Below are positions 1 through 10,340 of a stretch of 64,000 bases of DNA, in pieces; position 1 is the stretch's first letter, and each line of letters opens with the position of its first letter. The DNA is from Blautia celeris (GTDB lineage Bacteria; Bacillota; Clostridia; Lachnospirales; Lachnospiraceae). The stretch is taken from contig NZ_JACOOU010000010.1 of the NCBI RefSeq assembly GCF_014287615.1, positions 17,901-81,900 of the forward strand, written 5' to 3'. The translations under genes and the position numbers were made by a program. The notes below the pieces were generated by a model. It did not search any database, was not told the origin of the DNA, and saw nothing but the letters and a program-made list of their open reading frames with translations.

Positions 1-1033
1 CCTTGTCCACCAGCTCCGTGATGGTGAGGGCAACGGATGTCTCCAGCCCCACAATGCCGAAGGGCGCTCTGGTGATGGGCATGGTCTTCTCCTCACGGCT
101 GTGAGGCGCATGATCTGTACTGATGACATCCATAATATCATCCTTCAGGCCGCGGATCAGTGCGTCCCTGTCCTCTTTTGTGCGCAGAGGCGGATTCATC
201 TTATAGTTGGCGTCATTGGGGTCCACATCGTCAGAAGTCAGTGTGAAGTGGTGGGGGCATACTTCGCCTGTCACCTTGATCCCCTCTTTTTTCGCCAGTT
301 CTACCATGCGGACACTCTCCTTGGTGGAGCAGTGGCACAGATGAAGCTTGGCTCCTGTCTCTTTTGCCAGGATAATATCCCTTGCCGCAATGATGTCCTC
401 CACTGCGTTGCTGATTCCCGGCAGTCCCATCTCTCTGGAATGCTCGTCCTCATTGACGCAGCCCTTGCCCACAATATTCCGGTCTTCACAGTGGGCAAAT
501 ACGGGAATATCGTATTTTGCCGCGATTCCCATGGCATTTTTATATAATCTGGCATTCATGACGGATTTGCCGTCCTCGCTGATGGCAGGTACGCCCTGCT
601 CGATCATCTCCTCAATATCCGCCAGTTCCTCACCGGACTGTCCTTTTGTAATGGCACCGATCTGCATTACATGGATAGGAGACAATTCTTTTGCTTTATT
701 CTGAACGTATTTCACACGGTCCGCGCTGTCGATGACCGGCTTGGTATTGGGCATGGCAAGAATTGTGGTGAATCCGCCTCTGGCTGCTGCCTTGGAGCCT
801 GACACAATATCTTCTTTATAAGTCAGCCCCGGGTCCCGCAGATGCACATGCAGGTCAATGAGCCCGGGCATTACATAGCAGCCTGAAGCGTCGATGACTT
901 TATCTGTCTTATCCTTTGGCTTAAGGCCCTTGCCTGTCTTTTTCACTTTGCCGCCCTCTATATAGAGGTCGCTTATTTCGTCTGTCTTTGTTGCCGGATC
1001 GATGATACGTCCGTTCCTGATTAAAATATTCAT
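1..1033 (-). CDS. pyrC: dihydroorotase (amidohydrolase), partial - runs off window start
   Basis: Minus-strand frame from the ATG at 1033 (MNILIRNGRIIDPATK...) stays open through position 1. It contains DLHVHLRDPG, the metal-binding motif of dihydroorotase-type amidohydrolases. It is absent from the ORF track because it has no stop inside the window. Confidence 0.72.
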   Translation of the reverse strand, partial: MNILIRNGRIIDPATKTDEISDLYIEGGKVKKTGKGLKPKDKTDKVIDASGCYVMPGLIDLHVHLRDPGLTYKEDIVSGSKAAARGGFTTILAMPNTKPVIDSADRVKYVQNKAKELSPIHVMQIGAITKGQSGEELADIEEMIEQGVPAISEDGKSVMNARLYKNAMGIAAKYDIPVFAHCEDRNIVGKGCVNEDEHSREMGLPGISNAVEDIIAARDIILAKETGAKLHLCHCSTKESVRMVELAKKEGIKVTGEVCPHHFTLTSDDVDPNDANYKMNPPLRTKEDRDALIRGLKDDIMDVISTDHAPHSREEKTMPITRAPFGIVGLETSVALTITELVDK

Positions 1034-1113
1034 AAATTCTTCCTCCGGGACTTTACATCTTTTGATTTTAATAGTAACATACACAATTTCTTTCGTCAAT
1101 TATACATTTTTAC

Positions 1114-1142
1114 TTGACTTTTTTTCGATTTGCGAATATACT
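1114..1142 (+). promoter_or_regulatory. sigmaA-type promoter for cold-shock gene (TTGACT-17-TATACT)
   Basis: TTGACT at 1114-1119, a 17-nt spacer, then TATACT at 1137-1142, about 225 nt upstream of the csp start. A long 5' UTR is typical of csp genes. Confidence 0.5.
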
Positions 1143-1368
1143 GAATTTGTTAAAGGAATATTGGATATAAATAATTGAAAGTGCATTTAATAAGCTTCCG
1201 GTTATCGTGATGTTAAGCGGTTTTTAGAGATTGTATTATTTCTTATTTATAATACCCTCTCTAAAGACCGCTTATTTTTCATAAATAATGGGAACTTTCC
1301 ACGAAGCGTGCTTCCTGTTTTCTTTATCCAATCCTAATTTTTATTTTTTATTTTATGGAGGTAACACT

Positions 1369-1569
1369 ATGAACAAGGGAACTGTAAAATGGTTTAATGC
1401 AGAAAAAGGCTACGGATTCATCACAGGTGAAGACGGACAGGATGTATTCGTACACTTCTCCGCTATCAATGGAGATGGTTTTAAATCCCTGGAAGAAGGA
1501 CAGGCTGTATCTTATGATTTAACTGAAGGCGCTCGTGGAATGCAGGCAGCTAACGTAGAAAAATTATAA
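1369..1569 (+). CDS. cold-shock protein, CspA family
   Basis: [18 protein letters not shown]...DVFVHFSAI carries the RNP1/RNP2 cold-shock domain motifs. A GGAGGT RBS sits 8 nt upstream. The track ORF 1288..1569 includes a spurious N-terminal extension. Confidence 0.95.
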   Translation: MNKGTVKWFNAEKGYGFITGEDGQDVFVHFSAINGDGFKSLEEGQAVSYDLTEGARGMQAANVEKL

Positions 1570-1591
1570 TTTCCGGATAAACTGTACGAAA

Positions 1592-1631
1592 AATGCGGCT
1601 GGGCAGAATCTTCTGCCCAGCCGTTTTTTAT
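1592..1631. terminator. bidirectional rho-independent terminator
   Basis: Stem GCGGCTGGGCAG / CTGCCCAGCCG with a 7-nt loop, an A-run before and a T-run after. It lies between the convergent csp and GGDEF genes. Confidence 0.7.
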
Positions 1632-1632
1632 T

Positions 1633-3318
1633 CTATTTCCTGCTGCTTTTCTTATTCTCATACATATTCCTGTCCGCCCGGCCGATCAGTTCATGAAGCC
1701 ACTCATCTGATTCCCCCGTTTTTCTGCCTGTGGCAATCCCTGCCGCTATGGAAATCTTCACCTCGTGTTCCTGATTATACTTCTCCTGGGCTTCCTCCAG
1801 ATTCTTCTCCCATGACCGGATGCTCTGCAGACGCTTTAAAAATATCAGGAACTCATCGCCGCCGATTCTGTAAATCTCGCCAAATCCACAGAATGCCTCC
1901 CTCAGACACCGGGCACATCCCTTGATCATCTCATCCCCGGCTCTGTGTCCAAAAGTGTCATTTACTTTCTTAAGGCCGTTTAAATCTACCATGACCGCTG
2001 ACAGTTCCTGTCCCCGGGTCATCGTCTCCTGCAGTTCCTGCAGGCGCATCTCATATGCGGAGCGGTTTCCAAGCTTTGTCATAATATCCATATAGGCCAG
2101 CTCCTCAAGAATCCTGTCCCCGGTCCTATCCTCCAGGATTTCATTTACCTGACGTACCGTCATCCTGAGCAGTGCGCACACAAAGCCCAAAAGTCCAAGC
2201 TGATAATACATGGCATACCTGCTGCCCACCCCGGTATAAAAGGAGACCAGGGATACCACTGCCATGACTATGAGGAAAAAGACACCGCCAAGGAAAATCC
2301 TGGCGTACTGGGCCTTACTGCTTCTCAGCTCTTTTACCATATAAATCACAGAACAGATCATGGCAGCCACATAGAGGATATGGGTGATCGGAAGCATCTG
2401 CATCAGTTTACGTCCGCCCATCAGGTACACAAGACTCTGCACCAGTACATTGCCGGCCAGTATTGTCTTCATCCAGTCCAGCATGGCTGATCTCCTCTGG
2501 CAGACTTCTCTGATAAAGGAAAGCATGGGGATGGGGATCATATAAAACGCATAAAAGGATATCAGGCAGATCAGTCTGGGCCATGGCGATAAGAATACCA
2601 TGAATTTGGAATCTGTGAGGATCCAGACTGCTGATACCAGGATAAAGATCCAGGCATAAAACACGCTGGATACATGCACAGCCTCCCTGACTCTCAAAAG
2701 AAGCCAGAGGAGAAACATACCCGCGCTCAGCACCAGGAGCACCACACAGAATATGATCCTGGGACATTCCCGCACTCGGATATCCAAAAGCATGCTTTCC
2801 CTGCTGTCCAGACAGATCACGGGAACCTGAACCAGCCCTTCTCTATAAAAGCCGCTGAATATGACGGTTATCTCTTTTCCGGCATCTTCCCTGCCAAGCC
2901 TTGTCATACAAAAGTTGTTTCCCAGCATACCGTGAAATGTCCCTGTCTGCTGTTCCATATACCGGTATCTTGACACACCGTCAACGTATATTTCAACCTG
3001 CTGGTAATGGTTCAGAAATCCCAGATATTTTTCCTCCTCGGAAAATTCAGGGATGGTCTGCCTAAGAATGATCTTCCCTCCCCGGATCTTTATTTGGGAT
3101 GGGACCTCACACGTCTTCTCTGTGCCGTCATCCGCCTGATAGTGCCAGCCGGTATCCCACTGATTAACACTGCTGCCTTTCTCCCGCACATTCCGGGGTT
3201 CCGGTTCTGCCTGCAATGCCGTAAACACGCCCAGCACAGCCATGATCACAACTGTAAAAAATAAAATCCAGTGCCGGATCTTCCCGATCCTCTTTTCTCT
3301 CAACCGCAATTCCTCCAT
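1633..3318 (-). CDS. diguanylate cyclase, 7TMR-DISM extracellular plus 7TM sensor domains fused to GGDEF
   Basis: The C-terminal half has the GGDEF domain with RIGGDEF. The N-terminal half has a signal/TM segment, an extracytoplasmic region and about 7 predicted TM helices. Confidence 0.88.
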   Translation of the reverse strand: MEELRLREKRIGKIRHWILFFTVVIMAVLGVFTALQAEPEPRNVREKGSSVNQWDTGWHYQADDGTEKTCEVPSQIKIRGGKIILRQTIPEFSEEEKYLGFLNHYQQVEIYVDGVSRYRYMEQQTGTFHGMLGNNFCMTRLGREDAGKEITVIFSGFYREGLVQVPVICLDSRESMLLDIRVRECPRIIFCVVLLVLSAGMFLLWLLLRVREAVHVSSVFYAWIFILVSAVWILTDSKFMVFLSPWPRLICLISFYAFYMIPIPMLSFIREVCQRRSAMLDWMKTILAGNVLVQSLVYLMGGRKLMQMLPITHILYVAAMICSVIYMVKELRSSKAQYARIFLGGVFFLIVMAVVSLVSFYTGVGSRYAMYYQLGLLGFVCALLRMTVRQVNEILEDRTGDRILEELAYMDIMTKLGNRSAYEMRLQELQETMTRGQELSAVMVDLNGLKKVNDTFGHRAGDEMIKGCARCLREAFCGFGEIYRIGGDEFLIFLKRLQSIRSWEKNLEEAQEKYNQEHEVKISIAAGIATGRKTGESDEWLHELIGRADRNMYENKKSSRK

Positions 3319-3391
3319 TTAAAACATACTGCTGTGAAGTATCCTCCGCGCGCTGCGCGCCTTTCGCTGTCCGTGCCTTCCCGCTTAACAA

Positions 3392-3420
3392 GAAAAAAGG
3401 AAATGCATCTTAGCATTTCC
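3392..3420 (-). terminator. rho-independent terminator
   Basis: GGAAATGC ... GCATTTCC hairpin followed on the minus strand by a U-run. Lies downstream of the 3442..3702 gene. Confidence 0.5.
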
Positions 3421-3441
3421 CATTCTGCCTTCCCTGTATGC

Positions 3442-3702
3442 CTATTCGGCTGTCTCTCCTGCAGTAAGCTCCTGGAGATAATCTGTCATGGCTGTCACGT
3501 TCATTTCTGTAGTTGTGGCCTCTCCCTCTGCGTCGTCTTTTGTAGCAAGACCGTAGGCAGAATAGCCAATCCATCCAACGATCAGCAGACAAACCGCAGA
3601 AACAATGATCTTCTCAAGCAAAAGTTCACGTGCTTCTTTTTTCTGGATCTTGTCGCGGTTATTTTTATAATTTTTATACTTATCGACTTTTTCCTGACTC
3701 AT
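3442..3702 (-). CDS. hypothetical small membrane protein
   Basis: 86-aa ORF with a good RBS (AAGGAGA), a lysine-rich N-terminus and one TM helix (IIVSAVCLLIVGWIGYSAY). Confidence 0.5.
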   Translation of the reverse strand: MSQEKVDKYKNYKNNRDKIQKKEARELLLEKIIVSAVCLLIVGWIGYSAYGLATKDDAEGEATTTEMNVTAMTDYLQELTAGETAE

Positions 3703-3769
3703 GATGCTTCTCCTTATGTAAAGTTATGAATATTCCTTGATTTTTAATTATAGCATATCTTTCTTTATT

Positions 3770-3991
3770 TTACCACTCTTTTGAGACTTCTTCTTCCCTG
3801 ATTCCGTACTGCTCCATAAATTCCTGAAGGTCTGCCCTGCTTTTGATCAGGCACACTTCCTGGAATTTTCCTGTCTTCAGATCCTTGAATCCTGCCACCT
3901 GCTCTCCGGTGCAGATGCTGGATTTGAGCACAGGCTTCACGGCTATGCGGTCAAAGGGAATGACCTCTTTTTTCTTTTTCCTGCCAAACAC
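3770..3991 (-). CDS. hypothetical protein
   Basis: 73-aa ORF (MFGRKKKKEVIPFDRIAVKP...) spaced tightly downstream of the AEC transporter. No domain recognised. Confidence 0.4.
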   Translation of the reverse strand: MFGRKKKKEVIPFDRIAVKPVLKSSICTGEQVAGFKDLKTGKFQEVCLIKSRADLQEFMEQYGIREEEVSKEW

Positions 3992-4010
3992 AGAACCACG
4001 ATCCTTTCTC

Positions 4011-4955
4011 TTATACCAGTCCCAGGGTTTTTAATAAGAACAGCCAGCCGGTCAATGTAAATGCGGAAAAAAAGGTAGTCAGCATTACCGTACTGGAAGT
4101 CAGCACTCCCTCATGGCCCATATTTTTCGCCATGACAAAACAACTCACCGTTGTAGCTGACCCCAGCATGACCAGTATGGCGATCAGCCGCTCCTTCGTA
4201 TAGCCCAGCCGAACAGCCAGGGGGAGGAATACAGCAGCCAGCACCACCAGTTTGATCAGACTTGCCAGCACGGAGGGGCGCAGCTTTGCCAGTGCCTTCT
4301 TTCCCTCAAAGGATGCACCCATAGCCATAAGACCGAGAGGGGTTGCCAGAACTGCCACATTCTTCACTGTCTTCTGCATGATCTCCGGCTGCGGAATCCT
4401 AAGGACAGACCAGAGAATCCCTGCCAGGATTCCCAGTATGATGGGATTTGTGACAATGCCCTTTGCTGTTTTCAGCAGCAGTTTCCGGTCAAGCTTTTTT
4501 CTCCCGGGCTTCATAAGGGAGAGGATCACCACCGCTGCCGCGTTGTAGAGGGGAACTGTCCCCACGATCATAAGGGGGGCCATACCGGAACTGCCGTAGA
4601 TATTCTGTATAAAGGCAATCCCCAGGATCGCTGCACTGCTTCGGTAGGAAGCCTGCACAAACTCCCCGCGGATCTCCTCCTCCACCAGCAGCCTGGCAAG
4701 GAGGGCGATCACGGTGATACTCACCAGCGTGGCGAGAAAGCAGAACAGAACAAAACCGCCGTCCCAGCTTTTCCGCACATCCACAGAGGATATATCCTGG
4801 AACACCAGGGCCGGTATGGCTGCCACGAAGACAAAACGGTTGAGCTTTGCCACAAAGTCAGCATTCATCAGCCCCAGATACCTGAACAGAAGGCCCAGAA
4901 GCATGGTGAGGAAAATGGGCAGTGTGGCATTCAGGCTGAATATAAGATTCTCCAA
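4011..4955 (-). CDS. AEC-family transporter (auxin efflux carrier / malate permease-like)
   Basis: 314 aa, about 10 TM segments with the two-repeat AEC architecture (MENLIFSLNATLPIFLTMLLG...). Confidence 0.8.
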   Translation of the reverse strand: MENLIFSLNATLPIFLTMLLGLLFRYLGLMNADFVAKLNRFVFVAAIPALVFQDISSVDVRKSWDGGFVLFCFLATLVSITVIALLARLLVEEEIRGEFVQASYRSSAAILGIAFIQNIYGSSGMAPLMIVGTVPLYNAAAVVILSLMKPGRKKLDRKLLLKTAKGIVTNPIILGILAGILWSVLRIPQPEIMQKTVKNVAVLATPLGLMAMGASFEGKKALAKLRPSVLASLIKLVVLAAVFLPLAVRLGYTKERLIAILVMLGSATTVSCFVMAKNMGHEGVLTSSTVMLTTFFSAFTLTGWLFLLKTLGLV

Positions 4956-4960
4956 TGAGC

Positions 4961-5470
4961 TCAGCCTTCCTTCACCAGTACCTTCAGGATCTCACCGATG
5001 TACATGGTGTGATAATCTTTCTCAGGGTACCATTTTTCATCATTCTCCGGAGCATCAAAGTTTTCCGGGAAGAGGTCTCCGTGATACATCTTTTTGCAGA
5101 CAAACACCAGGCTGGCCTCCTCAAACGCGGGAGCGCCGTCCACAAAGCAGGCAGTAAGTCCGGCCTCACTGATCTTGTCTCTGTCACGGCCTGACACGCT
5201 GCCGCATAAGCTTAATGCTTTTTTGTACCCTTCAGGGAAGAAGGAGATGGTAAAGGTGTCATTTGCGTCCACAAATTCCTTTGTGTAGCGCTGGGGACGG
5301 ATATAGGCTGTCACCACATCTTTGCCCCAGATCACACCAACGCCGCCCCAGCTTGCAGTCATGGTATTATATTTTTCCTCTGTACCTGCTGTGATCAGCA
5401 TCCACTCTTTTCCTATCTTTGTAAATGGATTGAACTGTAATTCCTCTGCTTTTACCTCTTTAAATGCCAT
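4961..5470 (-). CDS. flavin reductase-like domain protein
   Basis: 169 aa with TMTASWGGVGVIWGKD, typical of the Flavin_Reduct (FMN-binding split barrel) family. Confidence 0.75.
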   Translation of the reverse strand: MAFKEVKAEELQFNPFTKIGKEWMLITAGTEEKYNTMTASWGGVGVIWGKDVVTAYIRPQRYTKEFVDANDTFTISFFPEGYKKALSLCGSVSGRDRDKISEAGLTACFVDGAPAFEEASLVFVCKKMYHGDLFPENFDAPENDEKWYPEKDYHTMYIGEILKVLVKEG

Positions 5471-5530
5471 AATAATTCCTTCCTTTCTCCCGGCCTGTAT
5501 TCAGCAGCCGTTCAGACGTCTGAACGGACA

Positions 5531-7012
5531 CTATAATCTGCCGTATAATTTTGTCATATGCCAGATCCTGCCTTTTAATTCATCCGAAAATGCATTTTTG
5601 CTCATTCTCCACTTCCAGTTGTCCCCTAATGTGGATGGCGTATTGATCCTGGCCTCGCTGCCGAGCCCCAGATAATCCTGCACGGGTATGATGCAGGTAT
5701 CAGCCACACTGCGCATGGCAAGGCTGATCAGATCCCAGTGCTGCTCCTCTTTCGGTGTATGGAAGCTGTTCATATATCTAAGGGCCACATCCCTGTCCCA
5801 GTTAGTCATGTGCTCATACCAGCCCACAGTGGTGTCATTGTCATGGGTTCCTGTGTAGACCACACAGTTTCTGTCATACTTGTAGGTGAGATAGTCGCTG
5901 TTCTCACTGGTGTCAAAGGCAAACTGCAGCACCTTCATGCCCGGATACCCGCTGTCCCGCAGAAGCTTGTAAACGGTCTCCGTTAGAAATCCCAGATCCT
6001 CAGCAATGATGTTCCGCTCCCCAAGCTCCTCTTTCATGGTATGGAACAGGTCCATGCCCGGTCCCTTTTCCCAGTGGCCGTTCTGTGCGGTCTCATCTCC
6101 GTAGGGAATGGAATAATACTCATCAAATCCCCTGAAATGGTCAATCCGCACAATGTCAAAAAGCTTGAAACAGTGGGCAATCCTGCGCATCCACCAGCCG
6201 TAGTGCATTCTCTTGTGGTAATCCCAGCGGTACAGGGGATTGCCCCAGAGCTGGCCTGTGGCGGAGAACCCGTCCGGCGGACAGCCTGCCACAGCCACCG
6301 GCAGATTGTTCTCATCCAACTGGAACAGCTCCGGATTCGCCCAGGTATCCGCACTGTCAAAGGCCACATATATGGGAATGTCCCCAACAATCTGAATCCC
6401 TTTTTCATGGGCATAGTTCTTTACATTCTTCCACTGCTCAAAAAACTCGAACTGCAGATACTGGTAAAAGATAATGTCCTCCCGCAGCTCGTCCTGATAT
6501 CTCTTCAGGGCAGCCGGCTCTCTCAGACGCACTTCCTCGTCCCACTCGATCCAGCTTTTGCCGCCGAATTTGTTTTTCACAGCCATATACAGGGCATAGT
6601 CATCCAGCCAGTGGTTGTTCTCCACACAGAAGGTAAGAAAATTCCCGTCAGACAGGATTTTGCTCCTTTCAAAGGCCTTCCGAAGAAGAGGAAAACGGCT
6701 CTCATATATTTTTCCGTAATCAATATAGGAGGGATGATCTCCCCAGTCACAGGCGTCGCACTCTTCCTTTGTCAGCCATCCTTTCCCGATCAGGACGTTC
6801 AGATCGATGAAATAGGGATTGCCTGCAAAGGTGGAAAAGGATTGATAGGGGGAATCCCCGTAGCTGGTAGGTCCCAGCGGCAGTATCTGCCAGAGTTTCT
6901 GACCCGTATCTCTTAAAAGATCAATAAACTCATATGCCTCCTTAGAAAATGCTCCAATGCCGTATGGAGACGGCAGACTGGCTATTGGCAGCAGCATTCC
7001 ACTTCTTCTCAT
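5531..7012 (-). CDS. malQ: 4-alpha-glucanotransferase (amylomaltase, GH77)
   Basis: LPLGPTSYGDSPYQSFSTFAGNPYFID and FRIDHFRGF motifs. Start chosen at MRRSGMLLPI, which abuts the truA stop. The track ORF begins 36 nt further upstream. Confidence 0.9.
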   Translation of the reverse strand: MRRSGMLLPIASLPSPYGIGAFSKEAYEFIDLLRDTGQKLWQILPLGPTSYGDSPYQSFSTFAGNPYFIDLNVLIGKGWLTKEECDACDWGDHPSYIDYGKIYESRFPLLRKAFERSKILSDGNFLTFCVENNHWLDDYALYMAVKNKFGGKSWIEWDEEVRLREPAALKRYQDELREDIIFYQYLQFEFFEQWKNVKNYAHEKGIQIVGDIPIYVAFDSADTWANPELFQLDENNLPVAVAGCPPDGFSATGQLWGNPLYRWDYHKRMHYGWWMRRIAHCFKLFDIVRIDHFRGFDEYYSIPYGDETAQNGHWEKGPGMDLFHTMKEELGERNIIAEDLGFLTETVYKLLRDSGYPGMKVLQFAFDTSENSDYLTYKYDRNCVVYTGTHDNDTTVGWYEHMTNWDRDVALRYMNSFHTPKEEQHWDLISLAMRSVADTCIIPVQDYLGLGSEARINTPSTLGDNWKWRMSKNAFSDELKGRIWHMTKLYGRL

Positions 7013-7013
7013 A

Positions 7014-7772
7014 TCACAATTCCTCTTCCTTGCCGTTTTTATAGTCAATTTTTATCAGGGTCAGCCCCCGCGCCGGGGCGGTGGGGCCGGCTGCCTTCCT
7101 GTCTCTGGCAGCCAGTATATCCTGCATCTTTTCCGGCGGATAGGCTCCACCGCCGATCTCCATCAGCGTGCCGGCCAGAATCCGCACCATATTATACAAA
7201 AATCCGCTGCCCGTGATGCGTATGGTGATCAGGTCATTCTCACGTTCCACCGAAAAGCTGTGGATGGTCCTGACGGTTGTCTTCACCTGCGCTCCCGCAC
7301 CGCAGAAACTTTTAAAATCATGTTCGCCCAGCAGGTACGCCCCTGCCTGTCTCATCTTCTCAATATCCATGGGGATATAAGTAAAATGGGAGTAAAAGCG
7401 CTCTGTTGGCACCGGAAATCTTCTGTTCAGTATCCGGTATTCATATGTCTTCTCACTGACCCGGTACCTGGGATGAAAATCCCTGCTGACCTCCCTTGAC
7501 CGCTGGATCCGGATATCTTCAGGAAGCCGCTGGTTCAGGGCGTAGGAAATCTTCTCCCCCGGCATTCTGGCGTTGGTGTCGAACACAGCCACATTGCCCA
7601 GGGCATGGACGCCTGCGTCGGTTCTGCTGGCGCCTATGGTCTCCACAGGCTCCTTTAACAGCTCCGCCAGATGGCGGTTCAGCACCTCCTGTACGGTGAT
7701 CCCGTTTGGCTGTACCTGCCAGCCGCAGTAATTTGTGCCGTCATAGGCCACTTCCAGCATTACACGTTTCAT
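7014..7772 (-). CDS. truA: tRNA pseudouridine(38-40) synthase
   Basis: MKRVMLEVAYDGTNYCGWQVQPNGITVQ...RTDAGVHA is the TruA signature, including the catalytic Asp. Confidence 0.95.
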   Translation of the reverse strand: MKRVMLEVAYDGTNYCGWQVQPNGITVQEVLNRHLAELLKEPVETIGASRTDAGVHALGNVAVFDTNARMPGEKISYALNQRLPEDIRIQRSREVSRDFHPRYRVSEKTYEYRILNRRFPVPTERFYSHFTYIPMDIEKMRQAGAYLLGEHDFKSFCGAGAQVKTTVRTIHSFSVERENDLITIRITGSGFLYNMVRILAGTLMEIGGGAYPPEKMQDILAARDRKAAGPTAPARGLTLIKIDYKNGKEEEL

Positions 7773-7782
7773 ACGGCGCCTC

Positions 7783-8583
7783 CTAGATCAGCACGCGGAT
7801 CGCGATGTCCGCGGCCAGGTACAAAAAGATGCACAGGTAAGCTGAGGTGTCCCTGCTGTGGTATTTGAGAGGCTTCATAGATGTCCTGTTCTCACCGCCG
7901 TGATAACAGCGTGCCTCCATGGCCATAGCAAGATCATCTGCCCTTCTGAACGCGGAGATGAAAAGGGGAACCAGAAGCGGCAGCAGGTTCTTAGCCTTCT
8001 GGATCAGATTCCCGTTCTCAAAATCAGCGCCTCTGGCGATCTGTGCCTTCATGATCTTATCTGTCTCCTCCATAAGGATGGGAATGAATCTGAGGGCAAT
8101 GGACATCATCATGGCGATATCATGTACCGGCACCCTGATCTTATTCAGCGGCCTCATAAGTCTCTCCAGACCGTCTGTGAGCTGGTTCGGCGTAGTGGTC
8201 AGTGTCATGACTGAGGAACCGATAACCAGATAGATCAGCCGGATACCGATCTTCACAGCCTGCAGGATACCCTCCTGTGTGATCTTGAAGATCCAGAACT
8301 GCCACAGCACCTTGCCCGGTATTAAAAACAGATTGAAGGCAACAGTGATCAGCAGAATAAAGAACAGCGGTTTCAGCCCTTTCAGCATAAACTTAACGGG
8401 GACCTTTGACATGATGATGACTGCTGCCAGAAAAACCGTTGCCAGCAGATATCCCCAGAAGGAATTTGCCACAAAAAGTGACACCAGAAACATGATGGTT
8501 CCCACAAACTTCACGCGGGGGTCCAGCCTGTGGAGAATGGAATCCGCAGGGTAATATTGTCCGATGGTTATATCTCTTATCAT
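7783..8583 (-). CDS. ecfT: energy-coupling factor transporter transmembrane component
   Basis: 266-aa membrane protein. The ecfA-ecfA-ecfT-truA synteny is canonical in Firmicutes. Confidence 0.9.
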   Translation of the reverse strand: MIRDITIGQYYPADSILHRLDPRVKFVGTIMFLVSLFVANSFWGYLLATVFLAAVIIMSKVPVKFMLKGLKPLFFILLITVAFNLFLIPGKVLWQFWIFKITQEGILQAVKIGIRLIYLVIGSSVMTLTTTPNQLTDGLERLMRPLNKIRVPVHDIAMMMSIALRFIPILMEETDKIMKAQIARGADFENGNLIQKAKNLLPLLVPLFISAFRRADDLAMAMEARCYHGGENRTSMKPLKYHSRDTSAYLCIFLYLAADIAIRVLI

Positions 8584-9437
8584 TTGTCCAATCTCTCCAG
8601 TGCCTGTAATATACTTGCCTTTGCCTCCTCCACCGTGGTGGCTGAGGTATCCACATGCAGCCCGCGTTCCCCCAAAGCGTGCATGATGTAAGTGATCTGA
8701 GGCGCCGCAAGCCCCATGGCCTCCAGCTCCTTATAGTGGGAAAAGACTTCTCTCGGCACACCGTCAAATGCCTTTTCCCCTTTATTCATTACGATCATGC
8801 GCTCCACGTATTTGGCAATGTCCTCCATACTGTGGGATACCAGGATCACAGTGATTCCCCGCAGACTGTGCAGGGATGCGATCTGGTCCAGTATCTCATC
8901 CCGCCCCTGGGGGTCCAGGCCTGCCGTGGGTTCATCCAGGATCAGCACCTCCGGCTCCATGGCCAGCACACCCGCAATGGCTGCCCGCCGCTTCTGCCCT
9001 CCCGACAGCTCAAAGGGGGAGCTTTTATAAAACTTTTCGGAAAGCCCTGCCTGGGTCAGCGCCCTGACAGCTCTCTCCTCGGCTTCCTCTTTGGAAAGAC
9101 CCAGATTCTTCGGCCCGAAGCAGACATCCTCAAGAACCTCCGCCTCAAAGAGCTGATGCTCCGGATACTGGAACACCAGTCCCACTTTGCTTCTCAGTTT
9201 CTGCCTGTCATATTTTTCCGCCCATATATCCTGGCCGTTGTAGAGGACTTTGCCTGATGTGGGTTTCATAAGGCCGTTGAAATGCTGTATCAGTGTGGAT
9301 TTTCCGCTTCCCGTGTGTCCTATGATGCCCATGAACTGGCCGTCCGGAATCTCCATATCCACATCCTTTAAGGCGTGCATCTCATAGACTGTTCCCGGAC
9401 TGTATGTGTATGTGATATGCTCTAATTTTATTGACAT
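8580..9437 (-). CDS. ecfA2: ECF transporter ATPase subunit A2
   Basis: Walker A (GHTGSGKST), ABC signature (LSGGQKRR) and Walker B. Second of two tandem ATPases. Confidence 0.9.
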   Translation of the reverse strand: MSIKLEHITYTYSPGTVYEMHALKDVDMEIPDGQFMGIIGHTGSGKSTLIQHFNGLMKPTSGKVLYNGQDIWAEKYDRQKLRSKVGLVFQYPEHQLFEAEVLEDVCFGPKNLGLSKEEAEERAVRALTQAGLSEKFYKSSPFELSGGQKRRAAIAGVLAMEPEVLILDEPTAGLDPQGRDEILDQIASLHSLRGITVILVSHSMEDIAKYVERMIVMNKGEKAFDGVPREVFSHYKELEAMGLAAPQITYIMHALGERGLHVDTSATTVEEAKASILQALERLDK

Positions 9438-10273
9438 AATGCGTTCACCAATTCCTCTGTCGTCAGAATTCCCGCAGGTATCTTCACCCCTGCCTGCTTC
9501 AGCTCATAGGCCAGAAGTGTGACCTGGGGCACATCCAGGCGGTAGGATTTCAGCTCCTCCACCCTGGAAAAGACCTCTCTGGGTGTTCCCTGCATCACTA
9601 CTTTTCCCTGGTCCATGACGAACACCTTGTCCGCGTTCACCACTTCCTCCATATAATGCGTGATCAGAACCACTGTGATGCCTTCCTTTTCATTGAGCTC
9701 CTTTACTGCCCGGAGCACTTCTTTTCTGCCGTTTGGGTCCAGCATGGCTGTGGGTTCGTCCAGAATAATGCATTTGGGATGCATGGCCATGACACCTGCT
9801 ATGGCAACCCTCTGCTTCTGTCCGCCTGACAGCTTATTTGGTGAATGGTGGCGGTAGGCAGTCATACCCACTGCCTCCAGACTTTCATTCACTCTCTGCC
9901 AGATATCATCCGTGGGGATTCCCATATTTTCAGGGCCGAAGCCCACGTCCTCCTCCACCACGGTACCGATGATCTGATTGTCGGGATTTTGGAAGACCAT
10001 TCCTGCCTTCTGGCGGATCTTCCAGATATCCTCCTCCTCCGTGGTGTTCATGCCGTCCAGCCACAGCGCACCCTCCGTAGGAAACAAAAGGGCATTGATA
10101 TGCTTCGCCAGCGTGGATTTTCCGGAGCCGTTGTGTCCCAGGACAGCAATAAACTGTCCTGCCTCGATATCCAGCTCCACATTGTCAAGGGCTCTGTACG
10201 TGCCCTCCACATGGCCGCTTTCATCGTATTTATAATAGTCATGCACCAGTTTAATGGCTTTTACAATTCCCAT
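9428..10273 (-). CDS. ecfA1: ECF transporter ATPase subunit A1
   Basis: Walker A (GHNGSGKST), LSGGQKQR and ILDEPT. First ATPase of the ECF module. Confidence 0.9.
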   Translation of the reverse strand: MGIVKAIKLVHDYYKYDESGHVEGTYRALDNVELDIEAGQFIAVLGHNGSGKSTLAKHINALLFPTEGALWLDGMNTTEEEDIWKIRQKAGMVFQNPDNQIIGTVVEEDVGFGPENMGIPTDDIWQRVNESLEAVGMTAYRHHSPNKLSGGQKQRVAIAGVMAMHPKCIILDEPTAMLDPNGRKEVLRAVKELNEKEGITVVLITHYMEEVVNADKVFVMDQGKVVMQGTPREVFSRVEELKSYRLDVPQVTLLAYELKQAGVKIPAGILTTEELVNALCQ

Positions 10274-10340
10274 TTTATATCCTTTCCATTGTACCTGATT
10301 GTAACTATCCAGTCAACTGAATCGTTACTCCTGCCCGCAG

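Noticed and set aside
6041-6916. Long antisense ORFs inside confirmed genes
   Set aside because: Examples are 6041..6916+, 9845..10780+, 13034..13765+, 15211..15954+, 19802..20509+, 24911..25840+, 32988..34067-, 42604..43521+ and 63248..63742+. Each lies opposite a strongly supported conserved gene, and each has low-complexity or Ser/Pro/Arg-rich translations typical of spurious reading frames.
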